NCBI GenBank assembly: GCA_017511865.1
Contig: JAFWIQ010000012.1
Location: 813-64,812, forward strand
DNA from: Candidatus Saccharimonadota bacterium
Lineage (GTDB): Bacteria; Patescibacteriota; Saccharimonadia; Saccharimonadales; Saccharimonadaceae
Length of the DNA stretch: 64,000 nucleotides
Reading direction: 5' to 3'
Shown here: positions 9,708 through 19,669 of the stretch, one piece after another
How the letters are laid out: every line of letters starts with the position of its first letter
Numbering within the stretch: position 1 is the first letter of the stretch
Position numbers and translations under genes: made by a program
The notes under the pieces: model-generated
Seen by the model: only the letters and a program-made list of their open reading frames with translations
Told to the model about the DNA's origin: nothing
Databases searched by the model: none

Positions 9708-10961
9708 CTAATATTCAACACTCCCATAAGTTGGAACTGCCGAAACAAAAGTTTGCCCAGGGGCCAATTTTATTTCATTTCCCTCTTGATCTAGGAATTT
9801 AATTTGCTCGTTACGCGAAGATTTATTCCAGGTTCCCTTGATCGCTATCCCATTTTGAAAAATATAGGCATCACCAGAGCCAATCGCAGTAATGTCCTCA
9901 TGGTAATTATCAGAAGCTCGTCTCTCAGAAACAACCATTGCTATCACCACGGACGGATTGACTTGCGTTAGCGTGCAAACGTCTTCCGGATTGCGCTCGC
10001 CTAGATTTTCCGATGGACATGTATAAACTTCGTGCGCAATGCCACTTTCGTATCCCCTAAAATAAGTATTAGTGTTAAGGTCGTACGAATACTTTACGTT
10101 GAACGACGATGCGCTATTAAAACCTAAATATATATTCGAGACTTTTGCTGCCAAATTTGAAGTATTCTCTTTTGTGGGTTTAGTAATCGCTAGCTTGTCG
10201 TCAACTAGGTTATCGACTCGTTTTTTCTCCGCTTCTACCGGAGTCATGCGAGCGAATCCCTGAATCTCGGAGGAGGTATACCCCATATTGTCGCTAAACT
10301 GTTTGAGGTTTGCAGAGGTTGTAAACAGGTTATTCCAAAGTCTTGACCCATAAGTCCCACGATACATATAAGTATAATTTTCTGTTAAGTCTTTGTATCC
10401 ACCAGACGCTACTGCCGCCAAAGCATCGCCAGCTCCACCAGCATGCACAATTGTACAATCAAACGGCGTATCCCATTCTAGATAATAAATCCTCAAAGAA
10501 CGAATCGGCCCAATTATCGCGGAACTGGGATTTTGGTAAATCGCCGCGAAGCGCGTAATCCCGGCTTCAGCAATCGCCTCAAACACTACCCCAGCCTCAG
10601 TTAGCCCTGCCTGTGGTCTTGCGCCATCAGTTCCATTTGGCGTTTGAATGCAGTATGCCGGCGCATTTTTTAGAGAAGGCTCGGCCAGTACTTCGCCAGT
10701 CAGTGCACTATAGGTGGAATTTTCTTGCTCTGTGGAGGGTATATTTGGAAAGGTTAAGTTTTTTGCCTCTTCTTGTGGACTCAAAAAAACAAAAAGCAGA
10801 CAACCTGCACCACCCAAAATGCCTAGAATTCCCACAATCAAAAATACCAACCATCCTTTTTTTGCTTTTTCGTCCGCATCCTTTTTGATGTCGACATTTT
10901 CAGTGGTTTCATTTACTCTTCCGGTATCATTGTCCAAATTGAGTGTTATTTTTTCATCCAT
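9708..10961 (-). CDS. DUF3048 (YerB-like) membrane-anchored protein
   Basis: N-terminal TM helix, ARPQAGL, EAIAEAGITRF, IGPIRSLR and a C-terminal LAPGQTF. Confidence 0.8.
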   Translation of the reverse strand: MDEKITLNLDNDTGRVNETTENVDIKKDADEKAKKGWLVFLIVGILGILGGAGCLLFVFLSPQEEAKNLTFPNIPSTEQENSTYSALTGEVLAEPSLKNAPAYCIQTPNGTDGARPQAGLTEAGVVFEAIAEAGITRFAAIYQNPSSAIIGPIRSLRIYYLEWDTPFDCTIVHAGGAGDALAAVASGGYKDLTENYTYMYRGTYGSRLWNNLFTTSANLKQFSDNMGYTSSEIQGFARMTPVEAEKKRVDNLVDDKLAITKPTKENTSNLAAKVSNIYLGFNSASSFNVKYSYDLNTNTYFRGYESGIAHEVYTCPSENLGERNPEDVCTLTQVNPSVVIAMVVSERRASDNYHEDITAIGSGDAYIFQNGIAIKGTWNKSSRNEQIKFLDQEGNEIKLAPGQTFVSAVPTYGSVEY

Positions 10962-11065
10962 ATAATATACTCCAATTTAGTTATGGTGAATTCATAAAAT
11001 AATTTTTCAATCATTTTCTATAATTTTAACACAAAAAACAAAAAGGTTGTGCTATAATCGTAAAT

Positions 11066-12022
11066 ATGAAAAACACAAAGGTCACACATATAATTTCTGG
11101 TGTCATTTTAAGCGTAGCGGTTTTGTGTTCTAGTTTTTCTTATGCCTCTGCAACCGAAGGAGGCACTACGTTTCAAGTTAATGTCAAAGAGGTACTTTCG
11201 GTTTCCGTTGCTACACCTACCAGCTGGATGGCTGGGAATATAGATACCTTCCTTTGGAATAAAGTCAGTCTTAATGTGACCTCTAATAACTCGGCTGGAT
11301 TTGTTGCTACCATGACCACAAAAACCTCAAATACTTCATTAACCAATACCTCCAAGAGTACTTTTACTTTGCCAACGCTAGATGCCACATCTTATCCGTC
11401 AGGCGTGGCCAGAAATTCTTTTCCAGCTAACTATTGGGGATATTCTTTTGATGACACTGATGCCGGCAGCGGCACTAGTACCTACAAAGCCCTAGTTGGC
11501 GCCGGTAGTACGCCTATTACTGTCCTTTCCAGCAATACTGCTACTACTGGAAACAGGGATTTTTATTTTGGAGCCAAAGCTGATGCCACCAAGGCCGCAG
11601 GTACTTATGTTGGCACAGTAGTTATCAATGTCGTCTCTGGCGTTAGAGATGAGAATACAAATCCGACCACCCCAACCAATCCGGTAACACCTTCCAATAA
11701 CGAGATTGCTGTCTACAATACTTCACCAATAGGAGGATCGTCTAATGGCACTACTTCGTACTCGTATACCAATACATCTGGAGGTGTCTCTACTACCACT
11801 ACGGAAGTCAGTGACGGGAACAACGTTAATTCTTATGATAACTACACTCCCCCTCAAGGCGTGACATACAAAACCACTTCCGATGTTAATGGCGGCATTT
11901 CCCTTGCAACCGGGCTTGCTGTAACGGCTTCTGTTGCTGCTGCCTCCGGCATGTTCTTCTTTATTCTCGCCAAGCGTAAAGAAGACGACGAAGAAGAGGA
12001 AGAGGAAGAGCAACAACTATAA
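11066..12022 (+). CDS. Secreted Ser/Thr-rich surface protein with a C-terminal TM anchor and acidic tail
   Basis: Signal peptide, beta-rich domain ending AAGTYVGTVVI, P/T linker, TM helix, then KRK and poly-Glu. Confidence 0.75.
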   Translation: MKNTKVTHIISGVILSVAVLCSSFSYASATEGGTTFQVNVKEVLSVSVATPTSWMAGNIDTFLWNKVSLNVTSNNSAGFVATMTTKTSNTSLTNTSKSTFTLPTLDATSYPSGVARNSFPANYWGYSFDDTDAGSGTSTYKALVGAGSTPITVLSSNTATTGNRDFYFGAKADATKAAGTYVGTVVINVVSGVRDENTNPTTPTNPVTPSNNEIAVYNTSPIGGSSNGTTSYSYTNTSGGVSTTTTEVSDGNNVNSYDNYTPPQGVTYKTTSDVNGGISLATGLAVTASVAAASGMFFFILAKRKEDDEEEEEEEQQL

Positions 12023-12042
12023 AATATGGTATAATATACCAC

Positions 12043-13482
12043 ATGGAAATAGTTACTAGATTTGCGCCTAGCCCAACTGGCTATATTCACATTGGCAATG
12101 TCCGTTCGGCCATTTATCCTTATTTGCTCGCACGTCAGAACCATGGCAAGATGATTCTTCGCATCGAAGATACTGACCGCGAAAGATATGTAGAAGGGGC
12201 AACCGAGCTGATAGAAGACACTTTAGAGTGGTTGGGGCTAAATTGGGATGAGGGCCCAATTGTTGGTGGCCCAAATGCTCCATATTTTCAAAGCGAACGT
12301 AAAGAAATTTATCATGCTTGGGCCCGCAAACTCATTGAATCCGGCAGGGCTTATGCCGATCCGACTCCACCAGAAAAAGTTAACCAATATCGCGAAGAGT
12401 GTAACAAGAAGAAGATTCCGTTTTTGTATCGCAATTTTCGTCCAGACACCACTACTGAATGGGAACCAGGAATGCCCCTCAGGTTTAAGGCTGAGCCCAA
12501 AGACTATGAATGGGTTGATGAAGTTATGGGCGAGATGCATACTGGACCAGAAGTTTTAGATGATATTATTTTAATTAAAAAAGACGGCTTCCCTACTTAT
12601 AATTTTGCACATATTGTAGATGATTATGAGATGGGAGTCACGCATGTTATGCGTGGCGTAGAGTATCTCTCCAGTACTCCAAATTATCTGGCTATTTACG
12701 AGGCATTAGAAATTCCTCGCCCAAAACTAGTTTCACTTCCCCACATTTTGGCTCCTCAGGGCAACAAAAAACTCGGCAAGCGAGATGGAGCCAAATCAGT
12801 CACTGAATATCGTGAGGATGGTGTGCTTGCAGAAGCTATGTTAAATTATTTGGCTTGCCTAGGTTGGAACGATGGCACAGAGCAAGAGATCTATTCAAAA
12901 GAAGAGCTTATTGAGAGATTTTCCCTATCCCGTATCCAGAATTCTGGCGCTCGTTATGATGAAACTAAGTTGCTTTGGCTAAATGGTCAGTGGCTACGTA
13001 AGATTTTTAACGAACAAGGACCAAGAGCCTTATATGAGCGTACTTTGGGTTTTTGGCCAAAAGCCGCAGAGGCGTATTCAGAAGACTATAGAATAAAGGT
13101 ACTTTCTATTATCTATGACCGCCTCAAGACCTTGTCGGATCTTCGTGAGATGACTGGATACTTCTTTGCCGACCCAACAATCAATACAGAGATGCTCTTA
13201 AATAACAAATTTCTTAAGAAGAATTCCAAATCAGAAATCGAAGAAATGCTCAAAGTCGTAATTTCGCGTCTTAATAAAATTGATGATTGGACTTCAGAAA
13301 AACTACAAGATGCCCTCAATGAGTTATTGGAACAGACGGGCAAAAAACCGGCCGAACTATTTAGCTTAATTCGTATTTCGCTCAGCTTTGCTCCTTTTAG
13401 CCCGGCACTTAACCTTACCTTAGGGGTATTGGGGCGAGAAACATCCCTAGCCCGCCTAAATGCCGTTGCTAGGGCTATTTAG
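12043..13482 (+). CDS. gltX: Glutamate--tRNA ligase
   Basis: TRFAPSPTG, HIGN, LRIEDTD, PTYNFA and KKLGKR. Confidence 0.97.
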   Translation: MEIVTRFAPSPTGYIHIGNVRSAIYPYLLARQNHGKMILRIEDTDRERYVEGATELIEDTLEWLGLNWDEGPIVGGPNAPYFQSERKEIYHAWARKLIESGRAYADPTPPEKVNQYREECNKKKIPFLYRNFRPDTTTEWEPGMPLRFKAEPKDYEWVDEVMGEMHTGPEVLDDIILIKKDGFPTYNFAHIVDDYEMGVTHVMRGVEYLSSTPNYLAIYEALEIPRPKLVSLPHILAPQGNKKLGKRDGAKSVTEYREDGVLAEAMLNYLACLGWNDGTEQEIYSKEELIERFSLSRIQNSGARYDETKLLWLNGQWLRKIFNEQGPRALYERTLGFWPKAAEAYSEDYRIKVLSIIYDRLKTLSDLREMTGYFFADPTINTEMLLNNKFLKKNSKSEIEEMLKVVISRLNKIDDWTSEKLQDALNELLEQTGKKPAELFSLIRISLSFAPFSPALNLTLGVLGRETSLARLNAVARAI

Positions 13483-13495
13483 ATAAACAAACTTA

Positions 13496-14383
13496 TTATA
13501 AAGAAACCGCAATTGAGCAAATTTGTTTCTTTGTAAGGGTTCCCTTGGTGGTTTTTATCTTGTATACTACTCCGCCATTTACCCACGCAGCATCATTACC
13601 GCTAATATAAATAGTCAAACCCTGCTCCTTTATGGCAGTGTAATTGTCTTTGTATGTGGTTTTGATATAGTTATTAAGTAATGCATTAGAATCCCAAGAA
13701 GATTTCTCTTCGGTCAACGAAAATTCACCGTCGACAGATGGATTTGCAAAGTTTAATACTATTTTTCCTTCTTCCGAAACGATACCGGACAGGTTATAGT
13801 CTCGCGGTACATAACCTGGATATGATGCATCAAAACCGGTTTGCATTGCCGCTACTCGCAACGAAATGTCCGGCATATTTAAATTCACGAAATACGCTAT
13901 TGCAAATACTGCGACCGCCGCACAAGACAATGCCAAAACTATACGAGGAAAACCAAAATGCATCTTCGTCTTTGTTTTTTTCTTGTCCACTTCCTCTTCA
14001 TTCACATATTCCGGACTAGTAGTCTTTGAAGCCGCAGCTAAAGCCTTTTTGATTGCTTGGTCTTTTAATTCTTTCGCGCTGGGCCTCTGTGCCTCGTTGC
14101 TGGCCACCCTAAGGTTCTTGCGTTCTTGCAATCTGGCATTTGCGGCGGATTGTATGGGGTGCGCTTTGATAGGTTTTATTGGATCGTCATCCATGGCGCG
14201 TCGCGAACTATTTATTTTTGTGACCGTGCTACCAAAACGATTAATCTTTGGGCTTTTCGAGACAGAAACACTAGTTGTCGCACTTTTGACTGGCCGCTTC
14301 ACATATCTCCGATTCAGCGTAGTGGAAGTTTTCACCTTCCTGTGAGCCACTGCGGCTGACTGATTGTCGTTTGATTTCTGCAT
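13496..14383 (-). CDS. Membrane-anchored protein with a DUF4367-like C-terminal domain
   Basis: Basic disordered N-terminus, one TM helix, YPGYVP and AAWVNGGVVYKI. Confidence 0.6.
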   Translation of the reverse strand: MQKSNDNQSAAVAHRKVKTSTTLNRRYVKRPVKSATTSVSVSKSPKINRFGSTVTKINSSRRAMDDDPIKPIKAHPIQSAANARLQERKNLRVASNEAQRPSAKELKDQAIKKALAAASKTTSPEYVNEEEVDKKKTKTKMHFGFPRIVLALSCAAVAVFAIAYFVNLNMPDISLRVAAMQTGFDASYPGYVPRDYNLSGIVSEEGKIVLNFANPSVDGEFSLTEEKSSWDSNALLNNYIKTTYKDNYTAIKEQGLTIYISGNDAAWVNGGVVYKIKTTKGTLTKKQICSIAVSL

Positions 14384-14480
14384 CTTTACCTCGCTTATCC
14401 TTAACGTCAATGATACTATTTCTCAAACAAAAACGCAAGAGCTAAAAAAGATATTTTTTTATGTTATAATATTTATATCT

Positions 14481-15884
14481 ATGGATTTTGATAAAATTAA
14501 GCGTAGGCAAAGTCTCAAGGTTATCATTTCCGAAGCAATTATGGTCCTTGCGGTTATAATTACTGTCATCGTTTTAGCCTTTGTCGTATCTGGGTATTGG
14601 TTGAATTCCGATTTTAAAATTGAACGCCAAGGCCTATTACAAATTTCTTCATTCCCGACCGGGGCAGACGTCGAAATCGATGGTTCCGTATCTTGGCTCC
14701 AAAAAACAAACACCTCAAAAGTACTATCTAGTGGCGAGCATACGGTGGCCCTCTCCAAAGAAAATTATGATTCTTGGTCCAAAACCATAAATATATCGGA
14801 GGGATTACTCTACCGTATTAATTATCCAAGGCTTTTCTTGAAAAATCGTTCGCTAGAAAATATTTATGATACCGCTGGTACTATTTATGCTACTTTTTCT
14901 CCCAACCACGAGACGCTTTTATTGGTCAACGAAACCACAGAGTGGACCTTAATCAATTTGAATAATGATACTTTGGAATCTAAGAAGCTTGACGTTTCCA
15001 AATATTTTTCCACTGTCAGTTTAGCCGACGACGCGACAATCGGGCTATTTACAGGCAAAATTTCCGAAGCCATTTGGGACCGTGACGGAACCCATATTCT
15101 TTTTGCTATCGATGCTGGAGATTATATAGAATGGAGCTTAATCGATGTAAAAAATGTCACGAGTAGCCTTAACCTCACTAAAGAATTTGGGGTTAATTTT
15201 GACAATATAAAAATTCTGGACAACTCTTCCAATAATCTCCTAGTTTTACAAGACGGCAACCTCCGCAAGGTCGATGTCTCTGGTAAATCTATCTCCGCAG
15301 TTCTGGTTGACGGGGTAATGGACTACGATTATTATAACAATGAAGTTGTGTTCTCTGCTAAAAACAACGACGCTGACGATTATTATATAGGATTAACTAG
15401 GCTAGGTGATGAAAAATATACCGAGTTATTAACAACTGCGTCTCCGGCCAAGGTGGCTATCAGTAAATTTTATGACGACAAATATATTTCGGTTTTGTTA
15501 AACAACGAGATATCTTTATATAAAAAAGATAATTTCGAAAAAATATCTTCACACGAGATTAACTTCAACCCAGAAATCATTAAAGTAGGTCATGATGGCG
15601 AATTCATTGTTTTTTATGCTGGCAATAATATTGCTACTTTAGATATGGAGTCTTCTTCCGTGTCTGAATGGCAGGCCGAAGGCGATACTTTTGGTTGGGT
15701 AGACCAATATATGATTTATTCAGTCGCGGACGGAGAGTTGATAGTTTATGATTTTGATGGTCTTAATCGCCGTATTATTTCAAAAAATGTTTCAGCCCGA
15801 TTCCCCGCTTCAATCACAAACGACAAATGGTTATACTATTTTAGTAACGATAATCTAATTAGAGAGTGGTTAATTCCCCGTTAA
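14481..15884 (+). CDS. PEGA-domain membrane protein with a probable beta-propeller
   Basis: TM helix, then GLLQISSFPTGADVEIDG...GEHTVALSKENYDSW (PEGA). Confidence 0.8.
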   Translation: MDFDKIKRRQSLKVIISEAIMVLAVIITVIVLAFVVSGYWLNSDFKIERQGLLQISSFPTGADVEIDGSVSWLQKTNTSKVLSSGEHTVALSKENYDSWSKTINISEGLLYRINYPRLFLKNRSLENIYDTAGTIYATFSPNHETLLLVNETTEWTLINLNNDTLESKKLDVSKYFSTVSLADDATIGLFTGKISEAIWDRDGTHILFAIDAGDYIEWSLIDVKNVTSSLNLTKEFGVNFDNIKILDNSSNNLLVLQDGNLRKVDVSGKSISAVLVDGVMDYDYYNNEVVFSAKNNDADDYYIGLTRLGDEKYTELLTTASPAKVAISKFYDDKYISVLLNNEISLYKKDNFEKISSHEINFNPEIIKVGHDGEFIVFYAGNNIATLDMESSSVSEWQAEGDTFGWVDQYMIYSVADGELIVYDFDGLNRRIISKNVSARFPASITNDKWLYYFSNDNLIREWLIPR

Positions 15885-17084
15885 GAAATTCCAAATCCCT
15901 TCAAAGAATGAGGGCTCATTGGATGGCAACGATTGCTCTTCGTTGCGGTCTACTGTTGGCAAGTTCTCCGACTCTTCCGCGCCGTCGTAACTGGGCGAGA
16001 TTTGTTCACCGGTTACGAGTAGCCTGTATCTTGAGGTTCCCAACGGAGTACAAGTCACCAGTGTAAGCAATGGCTTGTCTGTGTTTACCACCAGCGATGC
16101 AACATTTGATGGCTCAACTACTTCCTTTTTTATCACCTTATATGTATAACGGACGGAATTATAATTTACATAAATTAAATCTCCATCTTCCAATCGCTCC
16201 AAACCAGAAAAAATATATTTGTAAGGATTGGAGCTATAAATGTCGCCGGCAGAATGACCAGTGATAACCAAATTACCAATTTCACCCGGATAAGCACTAG
16301 CACCAGCTATTCTATAATGCGCCACGCCATTGTTCATCGCCGACATGACCTCAGACAAAGGAATATCAAAATGTATTGGCACGTCGACATTTAGCTTTGG
16401 TATAATGAGGCGCGGCTCACTGGAGACTGCCTGAGTGATTGTCGGGTCTATCGCATCAATCTCAGATGCCGGTGCATTCCCTGGCGATACATAGGCCATT
16501 ATAGGAGCAAAAATCAAACGATTGTACTGCAGGAACAACACTACCAATACGGCCACTAGACCAGCTAAAATTGGAATTAGGTGTCTGTTGCGACGAGCCT
16601 TCTTTGCATTGTCTGTCGCCTTCTTACGAATAATTTTTCGCAAATTACTTCGGATGCTCTCCTGCTCAACACCAGAACCATCGGTGGTTTCGCTATTCAT
16701 ATTACCACCCAAAGACAAGCCAGAATTTTTATTTATCTTCGCACTCGATCTAGTAAGGGAACTCAAAATCTCTTCTTCTTCAGCCTTTTCGCGCGCTGCT
16801 TTCAACTTTTCTTTTTCGATGTATGTTCTAGCGGCTTTTGAATAATATTCGCTATAATATTTCTGATAATAATCTTGCCATGCAGAATGATACCTTTTCC
16901 AGGATTCAGAATTAATTTTTGGTGAAATTGGTTCATTTTTCATATGGGCATCATTTCTACTGGCCTCTTTCGAAGCTTTTTTAGCCGACTCAGCATAAGC
17001 CGCCAGTACCTTTCTCCTGGCAATTGCTACCGCAGCTTGTCTTTGTAGGTCGCTCGAAGACTGCCCACCATTTTCAGAATTCAT
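15870..17084 (-). CDS. Sortase (class C/D-like) with a long cytoplasmic N-terminal extension
   Basis: NLVITGHS and LTLVTCTPLGTSRYRLLV give the catalytic H/C/R. TM helix precedes the catalytic domain. Confidence 0.92.
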   Translation of the reverse strand: MNSENGGQSSSDLQRQAAVAIARRKVLAAYAESAKKASKEASRNDAHMKNEPISPKINSESWKRYHSAWQDYYQKYYSEYYSKAARTYIEKEKLKAAREKAEEEEILSSLTRSSAKINKNSGLSLGGNMNSETTDGSGVEQESIRSNLRKIIRKKATDNAKKARRNRHLIPILAGLVAVLVVLFLQYNRLIFAPIMAYVSPGNAPASEIDAIDPTITQAVSSEPRLIIPKLNVDVPIHFDIPLSEVMSAMNNGVAHYRIAGASAYPGEIGNLVITGHSAGDIYSSNPYKYIFSGLERLEDGDLIYVNYNSVRYTYKVIKKEVVEPSNVASLVVNTDKPLLTLVTCTPLGTSRYRLLVTGEQISPSYDGAEESENLPTVDRNEEQSLPSNEPSFFEGIWNFLTGN

Positions 17085-17131
17085 AGGTTAATTATAGCAT
17101 ATTTTGCCTTTTTATGTTACAATACGAACAC

Positions 17132-17218
17132 GGGCGAGTGGCGGAACTGGTAGACGCGCTAGACTCAAAATCTGGTTGTAGCAATACAGTGAGGGTTCAA
17201 GTCCCTCCTCGCCCACCA
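17132..17218 (+). tRNA. tRNA-Leu (CAA)
   Basis: GGGCGAG acceptor stem, loop CTCAAAA, long variable arm and CCA. Confidence 0.95.
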
Positions 17219-17301
17219 CAGGAATTATAGTATAATTACGCGATTTTAATCTAAAACGAAACTAAAAATCCGATTTTCGTTTATTTGTGTCTATTTCTAC
17301 A

Positions 17302-18003
17302 CTATTCCGCATTTGTATAGACATTCGTCACGTCATCCAAATCATCAATCGACGCAAGTAACTTTTCTAGTTTTTCTGCGTTTTCACCCTCAATTGGCAC
17401 ATAAGAAGTTGGCACGTATTGTAACTCTGCTGACGTTACGGTTGTACCCGCCTCGTCCAAAGCTTTTTTTACTTTCATCAAATCCGATGCTTCTGTATAA
17501 ATCACTATGCCATCATCCTCTTCATTGGCATCTTCTGCTCCAGCCTCCAAGGCCATCATTAGAGCGTCTTCACCCTTTTCGGAAATTTCAATTACGCCCT
17601 TTCGTTTAAATTGAAACATTACGCTTCCGGGATCGGCCATCCTGCCACCATTTTTGTCTAGCGTATGCCTTACTTCTGGCATGGTGCGATTTTTGTTGTC
17701 CGTTGCAACTTCGATTACGATACCTACTCCGCCGGGACCATAAGCTTCATAAACTTCTTCAATTAAAGTTGCCGCAGACTTATCCGCCACACGCTGAATC
17801 GCCCGTTCAATATTTACCTTCGGCATATTTGCTAAACGAGCCTTTTCTAATACCATAGCAAGACTTGGGTTCATTGCCGGATCCGTTCCGCTACGCGCCG
17901 CAATTGCAATCTGGTTGCCAATCTTCGTAAAAAGCGCTCCTCGCTTTGCGTCTACTACTGCCTTTTGTCTTTTTGTTGTCGCCCATTTACTGTGTCCAGA
18001 CAT
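17302..18003 (-). CDS. yebC: YebC/PmpR family protein
   Basis: MSGHSKW, YEAYGPGGV, TDNKNRT and DDLDDVTNVY. In frame with the upstream comEC. Confidence 0.95.
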   Translation of the reverse strand: MSGHSKWATTKRQKAVVDAKRGALFTKIGNQIAIAARSGTDPAMNPSLAMVLEKARLANMPKVNIERAIQRVADKSAATLIEEVYEAYGPGGVGIVIEVATDNKNRTMPEVRHTLDKNGGRMADPGSVMFQFKRKGVIEISEKGEDALMMALEAGAEDANEEDDGIVIYTEASDLMKVKKALDEAGTTVTSAELQYVPTSYVPIEGENAEKLEKLLASIDDLDDVTNVYTNAE

Positions 18004-19494
18004 CTTCTTCTCCCACTTAATTTTTTTCTCTTCCTTTAATTTTAACATTTTTCTTCGTATAAGTCCAATTATTAGCGATATAAAAATAACAATATATAAT
18101 GAAAATACCCACGCTTGGTAGGTTTGTATTTCTATGATAAATTGCTTCATTTCGCCAAAAAAATTCACTACCAAAATGTGAAAAGCCAACAATTTAGTAG
18201 TCAAAAAAGAAACCATCGTCCCTAGCCATGGTATTCCAGAGAATATTCCTGTCACAAAAGTCAATCCCATTGCATACGGCAAAGTTGGCAAGATTAATAA
18301 ATTTGCTACTACAGAAATTAACGAAAATGTTCCGAAATAATAAAGTGTAATCGGCAAAGTCATTAACGTTGCCGCAACCGTCGTGATTATTGTCGAAGCT
18401 ACAAATTTAGGCTTCTTCGCTCCATAAAAAAAGTTTGTCAGCTTTGGTCCAACTATCATAATTCCGGCAAAACTCGCAAACGAAAGTAACCAACCCAGGT
18501 TGATGATGTATGTCGGGTCCATCATCAAAGTTATTGCTGCAACGATTAATATAATTCTCCACGCAGCAAATTTTCTCCCTACATGCTGTGCCACAATCAC
18601 CAGGATGGACATAATACCAGCTCGCATAATCGATGGCGTAAAACCTATCATTACCATAAAAGATAAAATAAAGAAGGTTGCAAAAAATGTTCCTGCGAAT
18701 CTTGAAATTTTCCCAAAAATCCTTCGCGCAATCTCCACCAATATTGACAAATGCGCGCCGCTAGCCACTACGATATGTACTAGTCCAACCATGCGAAGTT
18801 TTTCATTTAATTCATTTGTTAATCCCGTTTTCATGCCCAATAAATACGAAAGTCCCAAATTTACTTCTGGCTCAGAAACGACATCTTTAATTCTTCCAGC
18901 AAACCAATTTCGTATTTTTAGTATCAAGTCACCTGGTTCCGGATGTATTATTCTTAACAGCCTCGGTTTATACATGTAACCAGCAAATGTTCCGAATCCT
19001 TCAGTTAGTTTACCGGACAAAATTATTGTGTCGCCCCTCATCAGAGCTTCATCTTTTCCTCCAGACACATATAAACTTCCAGACACATTATAACAATCCC
19101 CATCGTCGTCTGTGCAGCCTTCACCAAATCTCAGATTCTTTAGTTTAAAACTTACGTCTTTTTCGCTTGTTCCCGGATCGCCATCGACTACTCCCATTAG
19201 CTGTATTTCTTGACCATAAAATTGTTTAATATAATTTCCGTCATAAACCTCATCCGAGATTCTAAATAATGCCAAAATCATACCTGCAACCAGAGCTATT
19301 ATTACGGAGCCCATTCGGGGTATCAAATAAACCCAAACTAATGCCCCCACTGCTAAAAATACCCACATTGTAGAGACAAAAAACCCTATCTTAAATATTG
19401 TCCCCAATATAACTCCCATTACGATTCCTAAGCATGCCCAAACTACAAACCAGGATTGGTGAATATGTTTTCTTAAAAAATCAAACATAGACAA
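17302..19494 (-). CDS. comEC: ComEC/Rec2 competence channel that reads through in frame into YebC
   Basis: GLVHIVVASGAHL, PSIMRA, LGWLLSF and many TM helices. No stop before the yebC start. Confidence 0.85.
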   Translation of the reverse strand: MSMFDFLRKHIHQSWFVVWACLGIVMGVILGTIFKIGFFVSTMWVFLAVGALVWVYLIPRMGSVIIALVAGMILALFRISDEVYDGNYIKQFYGQEIQLMGVVDGDPGTSEKDVSFKLKNLRFGEGCTDDDGDCYNVSGSLYVSGGKDEALMRGDTIILSGKLTEGFGTFAGYMYKPRLLRIIHPEPGDLILKIRNWFAGRIKDVVSEPEVNLGLSYLLGMKTGLTNELNEKLRMVGLVHIVVASGAHLSILVEIARRIFGKISRFAGTFFATFFILSFMVMIGFTPSIMRAGIMSILVIVAQHVGRKFAAWRIILIVAAITLMMDPTYIINLGWLLSFASFAGIMIVGPKLTNFFYGAKKPKFVASTIITTVAATLMTLPITLYYFGTFSLISVVANLLILPTLPYAMGLTFVTGIFSGIPWLGTMVSFLTTKLLAFHILVVNFFGEMKQFIIEIQTYQAWVFSLYIVIFISLIIGLIRRKMLKLKEEKKIKWEKKMSGHSKWATTKRQKAVVDAKRGALFTKIGNQIAIAARSGTDPAMNPSLAMVLEKARLANMPKVNIERAIQRVADKSAATLIEEVYEAYGPGGVGIVIEVATDNKNRTMPEVRHTLDKNGGRMADPGSVMFQFKRKGVIEISEKGEDALMMALEAGAEDANEEDDGIVIYTEASDLMKVKKALDEAGTTVTSAELQYVPTSYVPIEGENAEKLEKLLASIDDLDDVTNVYTNAE

Positions 19495-19591
19495 TGCCTA
19501 GCGCGTTTCTTCGTATTTTTCAACCCGAGCATTCCGTCTAGGCTTTCAAGCAAACAGGTAAAATGTTATAATATCTTCGCATATTTATTAT

Positions 19592-19667
19592 GCGCCCGTA
19601 GCTCAGTGGATAGAGCACCAGCTTCCGGAGCTGGGTGTCGTAGGTTCGACTCCTATCGGGCGTACCA
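19592..19667 (+). tRNA. tRNA-Arg (CCG)
   Basis: GCGCCCG acceptor stem, loop TTCCGGA and CCA. Confidence 0.95.
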
Positions 19668-19669
19668 TT

